Below, in pieces: positions 28,420 through 36,346 of a DNA stretch of 64,000 nucleotides. The position numbers and the translations under genes were made by a program. The stretch's first letter is position 1, and every line of letters begins with the position of its first letter. Source of the DNA: Pirellulales bacterium (GTDB taxonomy: Bacteria; Planctomycetota; Planctomycetia; Pirellulales; PNKZ01); contig DATATB010000074.1 in the NCBI GenBank assembly GCA_036268995.1, forward strand, positions 5,195-69,194. The letters run 5' to 3'. The notes under the pieces are model-generated. The model was given only the letters and a program-made list of their open reading frames with translations, made no database searches and had not been told where the DNA came from.

Positions 28420-29423
28420 CGGCCCGAATGTCCGGGGCGGGAACCGAAGCGTTTCGGCCCGTTGCCGCTGCGCCCGCCAGCCCGTTTCGGGGCACGGCCA
28501 ACCGCCGGCTTGCGGCGCGGCGATTCGGCCTTCTTCGGCTTGAATGGGCGACTCGCTTCGTTGACGTCGGCCGACGGGTCATCAGCGTCTGGACGAGCGC
28601 CCGGTCCGGCGTGATGGCGCGTGGCATAGCGCAGTTCGCGCAGCTCTTCACCGCTCAGCCGGCGGCAATCGCCCGGCTCGAGATCTTTGAGCCGCACGGG
28701 CCCCAGGGCGATGCGCTTCAAACGCAGCACTTTGTGACCCACCTTGGCCAGCAGCCGGCGGATTTCGCGATTGCGGCCTTCGTTGAGCACAATCTCCAGG
28801 ACCGTGCTCTTCTTGTGCCGCGATTTGACCCGCACGCTCACGACCCGCGCCGGCCCTTCGGCCAGATGGATGCCCTGCCGCAACTGCTCGAAGACCGCGG
28901 GCTCGGGCATGCCGGCCACGAGCACCTGGTACGTCTTCTCCACGCCGTAGCGCGGGTGGGCCAGGCGATTGGCCAGCTCGCCGTCGTTGGTGACCAGGAT
29001 CAGCCCCTCGCTCGAAAGATCGAGCCGGCCGACCGTGAACAACCGCTCCTTGGTCTGCGGCACCAGATCGATCACGCGGGGGCGGCCCGACGGATCGGAG
29101 TTCGTCGAGACCGCGCCCATTGGCTTGTTGACCAGATAATACAGCTTGCGCGAACGGCCGAGCACCACGCCGTCGACGCGGATTTCGTGCTGCGTGATAT
29201 CGACCTTGGTGCCCAGCTCGGCGACCGTCTTGCGATCGACTTCCACGCGGCCGGCCAGGATCAACTCTTCGCAATGGCGCCGGCTGCCGATGCCGGCGGC
29301 GGCCATGACTTTTTGCAAGCGTTCTTCCGCCGGCAGTTTGGCGGGCGAGCCGGAGGGCGCGCTGCCCGGTTTTCCCGGTTTGCGGCGACGGCGTGGAGGC
29401 CGCGGTCGAGATTCTGTAGGCAT
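28416..29423 (-). CDS. rluB: 23S rRNA pseudouridine synthase (RluB/RsuA family) with basic tails
   Basis: S4 domain (RLQKVMAAAGIGSRRHCEELI), catalytic motif TVGRLDLSSEGLILVTNDG and KTYQVLV. The stop overlaps the pyrK start (4-nt overlap). Start at ATG 29423; the track ORF runs to 29486. Confidence 0.85.
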   Translation of the reverse strand: MPTESRPRPPRRRRKPGKPGSAPSGSPAKLPAEERLQKVMAAAGIGSRRHCEELILAGRVEVDRKTVAELGTKVDITQHEIRVDGVVLGRSRKLYYLVNKPMGAVSTNSDPSGRPRVIDLVPQTKERLFTVGRLDLSSEGLILVTNDGELANRLAHPRYGVEKTYQVLVAGMPEPAVFEQLRQGIHLAEGPARVVSVRVKSRHKKSTVLEIVLNEGRNREIRRLLAKVGHKVLRLKRIALGPVRLKDLEPGDCRRLSGEELRELRYATRHHAGPGARPDADDPSADVNEASRPFKPKKAESPRRKPAVGRAPKRAGGRSGNGPKRFGSRPGHSGR

Positions 29424-29528
29424 AGCGGCAGACGCCGAAGTGGGTGGGATCATAAGAGCCCACCCATCATACTGTCTGCCGCCCAATTAACCCAGGGGCT
29501 GGAAATGCCGGGAAGCGCCCGGCCGGCG

Positions 29529-29681
29529 CTACTTAAGATAGAAGTCGTGGAAGAAAACGTCGTCCGGCAGGTAGCGCCGAGCAGCCCATTGAATCAGCCA
29601 GGCAAGGCATGCCACCAGGAACACGACAAGAAATGCCGCCCGCAGACTGAACCGGAATCGGCGGCGGAGTCTCTCGTCCAT
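29529..29681 (-). CDS. small membrane protein (50 aa)
   Basis: MDERLRRRFRFSLRAAFLVVFLVACLAWLI: an RFSLR + TM N-terminus of a type seen repeatedly in planctomycete small proteins. This is only the distal part of the track ORF 29529..29933. Confidence 0.35.
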   Translation of the reverse strand: MDERLRRRFRFSLRAAFLVVFLVACLAWLIQWAARRYLPDDVFFHDFYLK

Positions 29682-29751
29682 GAGAGAAGTATAACGGGGG
29701 CGAGGATCTGCAATCCACTTCGCGCGACAGCCGAGGGCTTCGGTCTGGTGG

Positions 29752-29991
29752 TTATTGCAATTCCATTGCCGGACGATTCGCGCGTAGAAATTCTGCCCGG
29801 CCACGGTCCGCGAGGATCTGCCACGACGCCTGTTCGTCGGCATCCTCGAGGAACCCCTTGATGCGCTCGTATACGTCGGCGGCGACCGCAACGTAGATCT
29901 TTTGAGTGCTCGGGTCGAGGATGCGGGGCTCATGCTCCTTGTGGAGCATGTCCGCTTGCTCGGGCGTCAAATGGATGTAATGACTCTCCAT
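29752..29991 (-). CDS. small hypothetical protein (79 aa)
   Basis: ATG-initiated ORF, acidic, with no recognisable domain. Confidence 0.4.
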   Translation of the reverse strand: MESHYIHLTPEQADMLHKEHEPRILDPSTQKIYVAVAADVYERIKGFLEDADEQASWQILADRGRAEFLRANRPAMELQ

Positions 29992-30050
29992 AGCCCCGAT
30001 TATATCACGCCGGGAGATCGTCGCGACAGCCAGTCGGTGCGCAAGGCGGT

Positions 30051-30335
30051 TTAGGGTACCGGCTCGGCCGAGTCGACGCCTTCGAGCGCGGCGTCGGCAT
30101 TGGTTTGCAACCGTTTGACTTCAGATGACGGCTTGTCGAAGCCGCGCGGGCGGATGCCATCGACGTTGATGTTGCTCGGCCCGAGTTGTTCTTCGGCGTA
30201 GGGATCGAAGCGCTCGGCCCGGGCCTGCTGATAGCCTTCGGTGCCGGGATGGAGGAAGTAAGGCGGGGCGATTCGTGTACAGCCGCACGGCATCGACATC
30301 AACATCATGACGATCACGCGCCGCTTGTGCGACAT
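30051..30335 (-). CDS. small lipoprotein, paralog 2
   Basis: MSHKRRVIVMMLMSMPCGC (lipobox-like). It shares ERFDPY...VDGIRPRGF with the upstream gene. Confidence 0.5.
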   Translation of the reverse strand: MSHKRRVIVMMLMSMPCGCTRIAPPYFLHPGTEGYQQARAERFDPYAEEQLGPSNINVDGIRPRGFDKPSSEVKRLQTNADAALEGVDSAEPVP

Positions 30336-30352
30336 GGCATTTGATCCATCAA

Positions 30353-30634
30353 TTATTGCCCCGCGTCGGGGCTGTAGTGCTGCTGGCCGAACTGCCACCA
30401 CCGGCCGCGAGTCGGCTCGGCCGGCGGATCGGCAAAATCGCGGGGCCGGATGCCGTCGACTTTGTTGCTGTTGTTGCTGATATCGACTTCAGGGTACGGG
30501 TCGAATTGTTGGGCTTGGTAGCGCTGCACCCGTGACGGGGGCTGTCGGCCAAACCTGGGAAACTGCGTTCCCTGGCAGCCGGCGGCAACGGCAAACCCCA
30601 TCGTCAGCAGCAGCTTCGCCCATCGCCTCGACAT
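30353..30634 (-). CDS. small lipoprotein, paralog 1
   Basis: MSRRWAKLLLTMGFAVAAGC (lipobox), with QQFDPYPEVDISNNSNKVDGIRPRDF matching the downstream paralog. Confidence 0.5.
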   Translation of the reverse strand: MSRRWAKLLLTMGFAVAAGCQGTQFPRFGRQPPSRVQRYQAQQFDPYPEVDISNNSNKVDGIRPRDFADPPAEPTRGRWWQFGQQHYSPDAGQ

Positions 30635-31009
30635 GGCAGACTCCTCGGCCAGTACGACCGCGGAATCGGGGCGAAGTATAGAGAGAATCGCCAAGCGCTA
30701 GAAGGCGAATCGCTGGCCGCTTCCGTGGCCCAAAGGTGGCGAGCCGAGCTTGTCATCCGGACTTGCCCATTTTCTGGCCCGCCTTGGCGCCGCTGATAGC
30801 ATCGACTGCCGCCGCCAGGCCACTTGAGGAGCGAAGGAGGAATGATGAGTGCCGAGTGATGAATGATGAATGACGTATGCGGAACGGACGACTGGTAACG
30901 GCAAATCCTGCCTTCCACACGGTGACTTTTCCGTAACGTCCAACGGCGCAGCGAACTTTGCCCCCCACTCCGACGTTTCAATAAGTATTCGGATTGGGGG
31001 GCGATTGAC

Positions 31010-34006
31010 ATGCTGGCCGGAATTCCGAAGGGCGCGCTGGGGAGGATCCTGATTGCCTGGCTGGCACTCGCGGCGCTGCCGGCCGGCAGCCGAGCCGACA
31101 CACCCGGCATCACGCCAATTCTTGCATTGGATGCGGCTGGGCATACCGGTTGGATCACCCAGTTGCTGCTGCTGCCCAGCTACGAACCCAGGCTCATCTC
31201 CACCGGGCACGACAAGGCAGTCCGCTTCTGGGATCTCGCGTCCGGCGAGCCTTTGAAAACGTGGCGGCCCGCCGTTGATCGGGGCGAAGTCGGTGCCATC
31301 TACGCCGCGGCCCTCTCGCCCGACGGACATTTGCTGGCCATTGCCGGCCGCACGGCGCAGGTGCCCGCTGGCGAGCAAGTGATCCTGATCGTGGATCCCG
31401 ACAGCGACGCCGTGGTGCGAAGTTTGCGCGCCATCAGCGGACCCATTCGCGGCCTGGCTTTCTCGCCCGACGGGCATTGGCTGGCCGCGTGTAGCGATGA
31501 CGCGGTGATCCGGCTGTGGGATCCTCACACCGGCAGGCTCACGCGCGAATTGCGCGGGCACACCGACCGCGTCTACGCTTTGGCCTTTAGTCCCGATGGC
31601 CGGCGGCTGGCGAGCGGTTCTTGGGATGCCACGAGCCGGCTGTGGTCCATTCCCGACGGCGCATCGCTGGCTGTGATGGGCGGGCAGGTCAAAAATGTGA
31701 TGCGCGTGGCTTGGAGCCCCGACGGCCGCACCATTGCCACGGGCGGTGCGGGCCCGGCAGTTTTTCTCTATGAGCCCGACGGCCGGTTTCGTTATGCCTG
31801 GAACAACTTCGGCACGGGCGTGTCCGGCGATAGCAAGACGTCGATCAGCTTGCTTGAATTCTCGCCCGATTCGCGAACGCTACTAGCCGGCTGGGCCTCG
31901 CGCACTCACCCAACAAAAGCGGCCGTCGTGCTGGACATGACCGACGGACACGTTCACTACCAGCTTCCCAAGCTCCCGGCTTCGCCGATGTGCGGGCTGT
32001 TCTTGCCGGGCGGGAGCCAATATGCGGTCGGCTATTCGTCGGGCGACATCTTGTTCTATTCGTCCAGCGACGGCCACGTAGTCCGCACTTTGCGCCCGCG
32101 GGCCCGCTCCCACGTTGCCGTGGGCTGGAGTCCCGATGGGCGGGCCATTGCCTGGGGCGATTCCAACAATCGTGGATCGGGCATCAAAGGTACTCATCCA
32201 CTCGCGCATGCCTTCTGTCTGGAAACGCTCGACATGGCCCCGCCGCCCGATGCCAATTATCAACGTAGCATCGGCAATTGGGGTGAGTGGTCGATTCAGC
32301 GCGTCAAGAATTCCGTCGTACGGGTCGATCGCGGCAACATGCCGGTTTCTCGGTTTAAAATCCCCGAACCCGACGACCGCGTGCGCTGCCGCAGCTTGCT
32401 TTCGCAGGACCGGGCAGTCGTCGGTTCGCAGCATGGCGTGTACGTGTTTCAAGCGTCGACCGGCCGGCCGATTTACCAATTGCCCGGCCATACGGACACC
32501 GTCTGGTGCGTGACCCCTTCCCCCAACGGCCGCTATCTACTGACCGGCAGCAGCGACATGACGCTGGAGATTTGGAATCTGGATCGCTACGAGCTGGTGG
32601 TGTCGTTGTTTGTGGCCGGCGATGAATGGATCGCTTGGACTCCGCAAGGTTATTACGCGGCCTCGATCGGCGGCGAAGGCTTGATGGGCTGGCATGTGAA
32701 TCGCGGGCCTGACGCATTGGCCGATTTTTTTCCTGCCTCGCAATTTCGCGGTCGCTTCTATCGCCCCGACGTGATTCGCCGCGTCTTGGAAACCGGTGAC
32801 CCTTGGTCGGCCGTTGACGCCGCCAATCGCGATCGGCAGCAGGCAACGAGCCGGCTGACCATCGCGGCCGCCATTCCGCCTGAAGTCCAGGCGCGGCTGC
32901 TTGACTCGGGCGAGCAGCGGCCCGCGGGCACGACTTCCTTGTCGGCCACGGCCCGCCGCCGCGGCGACGAGCCGATCTTGGGGCTGCAATTGATTGTCGA
33001 CGGCCGCCCGCAGGATTTTCGCCCGGCCCCGCTGGCAGAGCACGCGGCCGGTCAGCCTGTGCCGCTGCCGGATAAGTTCGAAGCAACTTGGAACATCAAG
33101 CTGCCGCCGGGCGAGCATTCGCTGGTGGTCGAAGCGCAAACCGCTGCCAGTTCTCAATTGAGCAAACCGATCGCGGTACACGTCCCCGGCCTGGCGACGA
33201 AGCCCGATCTCTATGTGCTGTCGATTGCGGCGGCCGACGGCGCGCAGCCGCCTCTGGCGCCCTTTGCCGAAGCCGACGCCGTGAGCCTCGCGCAGCGCTT
33301 GGCCCAGGATTCCGGCAAGTCGTACGCTCGCGTGACGACGCGCATGCTCACCGGCGGCCAGGTGACTGCCGCCAATCTTGCTCGCGAACTCGAGTGGCTT
33401 CGCAATACGGCCCGGGCGGAAGATACGGTGGTCGTATTTTTCGCCGGGCGCGCCGCGGTTGACGATCGGGCTCAGGTGCAGTTCCTTGGTGCCCCCAGCC
33501 CCTCGACGCCGCTGGGCGAACAGGTGCTCTCGGGCGATGCACTCAAAGCCTCGCTCGCGCGGACACGGGGCCACGTGTACTTTTGGACCGACGCCCGCTG
33601 GGCTGGCCAACTCAAAGTAGCGTCTCGGCAAGTCGCACGCGTCCACGACTATTGCTGCGGCGACCTCAGCGTGAGCCGACAAATCGGCGCCGCAGCACCA
33701 TCGCGCCACGCGATGGTCGACTTGTTGCGCGAACTCGCCAGGCCGGGCGTGGGAGTTGCCGGGCTGGCAGCCGCCAGCGGCCGCAAATCGGCCCAGGACG
33801 ACACAGGCCAGCGGCACGGACTACTGACCTTATCGCTCGTCGATGGTCTCGCCGGACGCGCCGACGCGGACGGCGACGGCCGCATCACTTGGGCCGAGCT
33901 CGAGCAGTTTCTCACGCGAGACATCGATACACGTTCGGCTGGTCAGCAGCGTCCCGTCATTGCCACGCCCGACCTGCTGCCTTCCGATGCGCTCGTGCGC
34001 CCGTGA
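31010..34006 (+). CDS. secreted WD40-repeat protein with a C-terminal caspase-like (peptidase C14 fold) domain lacking the catalytic His/Cys
   Basis: Signal peptide, then at least 10 WD40-like blades (e.g. HDKAVRFWD, SDDAVIRLWD, SWDATSRLWS, SSDMTLEIWN) and an Ig-like middle segment. The C-terminus has a C14 layout, but FFAGRAA replaces fsGHG and FWTDARWAG replaces lDaCHSG. The GLLTLSLVDGLAGRADADGDGRITWAELEQF tail is typical of C14. Confidence 0.85.
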   Translation: MLAGIPKGALGRILIAWLALAALPAGSRADTPGITPILALDAAGHTGWITQLLLLPSYEPRLISTGHDKAVRFWDLASGEPLKTWRPAVDRGEVGAIYAAALSPDGHLLAIAGRTAQVPAGEQVILIVDPDSDAVVRSLRAISGPIRGLAFSPDGHWLAACSDDAVIRLWDPHTGRLTRELRGHTDRVYALAFSPDGRRLASGSWDATSRLWSIPDGASLAVMGGQVKNVMRVAWSPDGRTIATGGAGPAVFLYEPDGRFRYAWNNFGTGVSGDSKTSISLLEFSPDSRTLLAGWASRTHPTKAAVVLDMTDGHVHYQLPKLPASPMCGLFLPGGSQYAVGYSSGDILFYSSSDGHVVRTLRPRARSHVAVGWSPDGRAIAWGDSNNRGSGIKGTHPLAHAFCLETLDMAPPPDANYQRSIGNWGEWSIQRVKNSVVRVDRGNMPVSRFKIPEPDDRVRCRSLLSQDRAVVGSQHGVYVFQASTGRPIYQLPGHTDTVWCVTPSPNGRYLLTGSSDMTLEIWNLDRYELVVSLFVAGDEWIAWTPQGYYAASIGGEGLMGWHVNRGPDALADFFPASQFRGRFYRPDVIRRVLETGDPWSAVDAANRDRQQATSRLTIAAAIPPEVQARLLDSGEQRPAGTTSLSATARRRGDEPILGLQLIVDGRPQDFRPAPLAEHAAGQPVPLPDKFEATWNIKLPPGEHSLVVEAQTAASSQLSKPIAVHVPGLATKPDLYVLSIAAADGAQPPLAPFAEADAVSLAQRLAQDSGKSYARVTTRMLTGGQVTAANLARELEWLRNTARAEDTVVVFFAGRAAVDDRAQVQFLGAPSPSTPLGEQVLSGDALKASLARTRGHVYFWTDARWAGQLKVASRQVARVHDYCCGDLSVSRQIGAAAPSRHAMVDLLRELARPGVGVAGLAAASGRKSAQDDTGQRHGLLTLSLVDGLAGRADADGDGRITWAELEQFLTRDIDTRSAGQQRPVIATPDLLPSDALVRP

Positions 34007-34036
34007 ACTGCCATGGCTCGCGTAGGCTGCTGCTTG

Positions 34037-35008
34037 CTACGGCAAATGGGCAGCGAGGAGCACGGCCGGGCCCTGTGCAGGCGATACGGTATATGTTGAA
34101 GTTGCCGGTAAGACGGCCGTGGTGCCTGGCGGCCAAACTTCGCAAAAGCCCTCGCCGGCCGCCTCGACGCTGCCGGACTGAACGGCCACGACGCGGCACA
34201 TCTGATCGCCGCCGGTCTTTTGCGGCTCTGCCAGCCGCCAGCGCTCCAGCACAAAGTGTTCGGTGGCCACGAGCCGCTCGACTTGCGGCCGACTGGTGGA
34301 CTGCGGCGCGATCGGCCTCAGCGGGCCGAGACCATAGTCAATCGCATCCAGCCCTTGCTCGAGCTGTAGCGTACGCGGCCGGCCTTGGGCATCGCGCCGA
34401 TTCCAATCGAACAGCCGATAGGTGCAATCGCTGGGCTGTTGCAATTCGGCCACGGCCACTCCCGCCCCCAACGCGTGGACGCTGCCGGCCGGCAGCCAGA
34501 AGCAGTCGCCGGCTTGAGGGTACCAGGCATGCAGACATTCCGGGCAGCGCCCCTCGGCCAGCGAACGCTCGAGCGCCTGACGATCGACACCGACTTTGAG
34601 GCCGGCATACAGCAGGCTGCCCGGCTCGGCGGCCAGCACGACCCAGGTTTCGCTCTTACCACACTGGGTCGGTTCGAGCCGGGCCGCGCGCGCGTCGTCG
34701 GGATGCACCTGCACGCTGAGCGAATGCCGCGCGTCGAGAAATTTTAACAACAGCGGAAAGCGAGCCTGCGGCCAATGCCGGCCCAGCAGATCCTCCCCGC
34801 GCTCGCGCACCAGATCGCTCAGCAGGCTGCCGGCCAGCGGTCCGGCGGCCACGCGGCTTTGATGCACGCCGTGGTCGGCCACTTCCCAGCTCTCGGCATA
34901 ATCGTCGCCGGGCGGCAGATGCTTGCCCAACAAGCTCTCCAGCCGCCGCCCGCCCCAGGGCAAGCGCCGAAAGAAGGGCTCGAATCGCAAGGGATAAAGC
35001 GGCGTCAT
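34037..35008 (-). CDS. manA: class I mannose-6-phosphate isomerase
   Basis: LPWGGRRL, ESWEV, LSVQVHPDD and GKSETWVVL motifs of bacterial type I PMI (cupin). Start at ATG 35008. Confidence 0.8.
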   Translation of the reverse strand: MTPLYPLRFEPFFRRLPWGGRRLESLLGKHLPPGDDYAESWEVADHGVHQSRVAAGPLAGSLLSDLVRERGEDLLGRHWPQARFPLLLKFLDARHSLSVQVHPDDARAARLEPTQCGKSETWVVLAAEPGSLLYAGLKVGVDRQALERSLAEGRCPECLHAWYPQAGDCFWLPAGSVHALGAGVAVAELQQPSDCTYRLFDWNRRDAQGRPRTLQLEQGLDAIDYGLGPLRPIAPQSTSRPQVERLVATEHFVLERWRLAEPQKTGGDQMCRVVAVQSGSVEAAGEGFCEVWPPGTTAVLPATSTYTVSPAQGPAVLLAAHLP

Positions 35009-35224
35009 ACCTGAAACACCCGCGGCGGCAGTGGGAGGCTTCCCCTCCATCATCCTTGGCCCGGCGTGCTTTGCAACCGTTGGATTTTGTCGATCGCACG
35101 GGTTGAAAGGGCCGTCGGTTGTCGCTGCGGGGGGCCGCGGTTATGATCGGCTACAGCGTGCGATTGTCCGCCCTCTTACCGATCCGCGTCCTCATTTCAG
35201 CCGCTCGCCCCACGCCCATCCGCC

Positions 35225-36262
35225 GTGAAACAAGACGAAGACCTATTCTCCGACACCACGATGACCTTCGGGGAACACCTCGATGAGTTGCGGACGGCAC
35301 TGTTCAAGGCCGTCGCCGGTCTGGCCGTCGGCATGCTGCTGGGCCTGCTGGTAGGCAAGCAAATGGTGGCCGTGATCGAGGCTCCGCTCACCAAAGCGCT
35401 CGGCACCTATTACCAAAGCGACGCCACCGAAAAGTACGAAGACCTGAAAGCCGAGGTCGAGCGTCACGGACATTCGCTCCCCTACACGTACGATCAGGTC
35501 GATAACCTGGTCAACAAGCAGCGCATGCTGTACGAAGTCCGCCTGGTCGATCCCGCGCAGATGGCCCACCTGGCAAAGACCTCGCCGGCGAAGGGCCCCC
35601 CCGAGTCGTCGCCAGAGAGCTCGTCTGCCGACGCGGCCGTTTCTCTGGTGCCGATCATGCTGTGGCACTCGCTGGATGACGACGAGCGTACGCATCCGAA
35701 GGCGTTTGCCATGGGCGAACCCTTTTCGATGTGGATGAAGGCTTCGCTCGTCGTCGGCGTGATCATCTCCAGCCCCTGGGTGTTTTATCACATCTGGTCG
35801 TTTGTGGCGGCCGGACTGTATCCGCACGAAAAACGCTATGTGCATATTTTCCTCCCCTTCAGCTTGGGCTTGTTTCTGCTGGGGGCGGCCACGGCCTATC
35901 TGTTCGTGTTTCAGCCGGTGCTGGACTTTTTGCTCAGTTTCAATCGCTGGCTCAATCTCGGTCCCGAGCCGCGCATCAGCGAATGGTTGAGCTTCGTGCT
36001 GCTGCTGCCGCTGGGCTTCGGCGTGAGCTTTCAATTGCCGCTGGTGATGCTGTTTCTGGAGCGGATTGGCATCTTCAGCATCAAGACGTATTTGCAGAAA
36101 TGGCGATTGTCGGTCCTTGTGATCTTCATCCTCTCGGCCGTGCTCACTCCGGCCGATCCCTACAGCCTGCTGCTCATGGCCCTGCCGCTCAGCTTCCTCT
36201 ACTTCGGCGGCATCCTCCTCTGCCGCCTGATGCCGCGCACCAAAAGCGAATTCGACGTTTGA
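35225..36262 (+). CDS. tatC: twin-arginine translocase subunit TatC with an enlarged first periplasmic loop
   Basis: FGEHLDELRTALFK N-terminus, 6 TM helices, and the PFSLGLFLLGAATAYLFVFQPVLDFLL and VLTPADP motifs. About 105 aa lie between TM1 and TM2, versus about 20 in E. coli TatC. GTG start. Confidence 0.9.
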   Translation: MKQDEDLFSDTTMTFGEHLDELRTALFKAVAGLAVGMLLGLLVGKQMVAVIEAPLTKALGTYYQSDATEKYEDLKAEVERHGHSLPYTYDQVDNLVNKQRMLYEVRLVDPAQMAHLAKTSPAKGPPESSPESSSADAAVSLVPIMLWHSLDDDERTHPKAFAMGEPFSMWMKASLVVGVIISSPWVFYHIWSFVAAGLYPHEKRYVHIFLPFSLGLFLLGAATAYLFVFQPVLDFLLSFNRWLNLGPEPRISEWLSFVLLLPLGFGVSFQLPLVMLFLERIGIFSIKTYLQKWRLSVLVIFILSAVLTPADPYSLLLMALPLSFLYFGGILLCRLMPRTKSEFDV

Positions 36263-36282
36263 CGCGCTGGCAGCGCCCACAC

Positions 36283-36346
36283 GCGCGAACGGGCGAGCCG
36301 GGAGCGTCAGCGACCGGAGTCCGCAACCACCGGTCGCGGCTTTATG
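36283..36346. repeat. composite of family H (reverse orientation) and family D repeats after tatC
   Basis: gcgaacgggcgagccgggagcgtcag is the reverse complement of the 11997 family core. It is followed by cggtcgcggctttatg (family D), whose TTA supplies the polX stop codon on the minus strand. Confidence 0.7.

Noticed and set aside
28308-29861. 517-aa plus-strand ORF antisense to rluB
   Set aside because: The opposite strand encodes an RluB-type protein with the catalytic GRLD motif. The plus-strand product has no motifs.
35243-36280. 345-aa minus-strand ORF mirroring tatC
   Set aside because: It is exactly antisense to a well-supported TatC gene. Its composition (runs of Q/H/R/E) is non-protein-like. 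A high-GC artefact.
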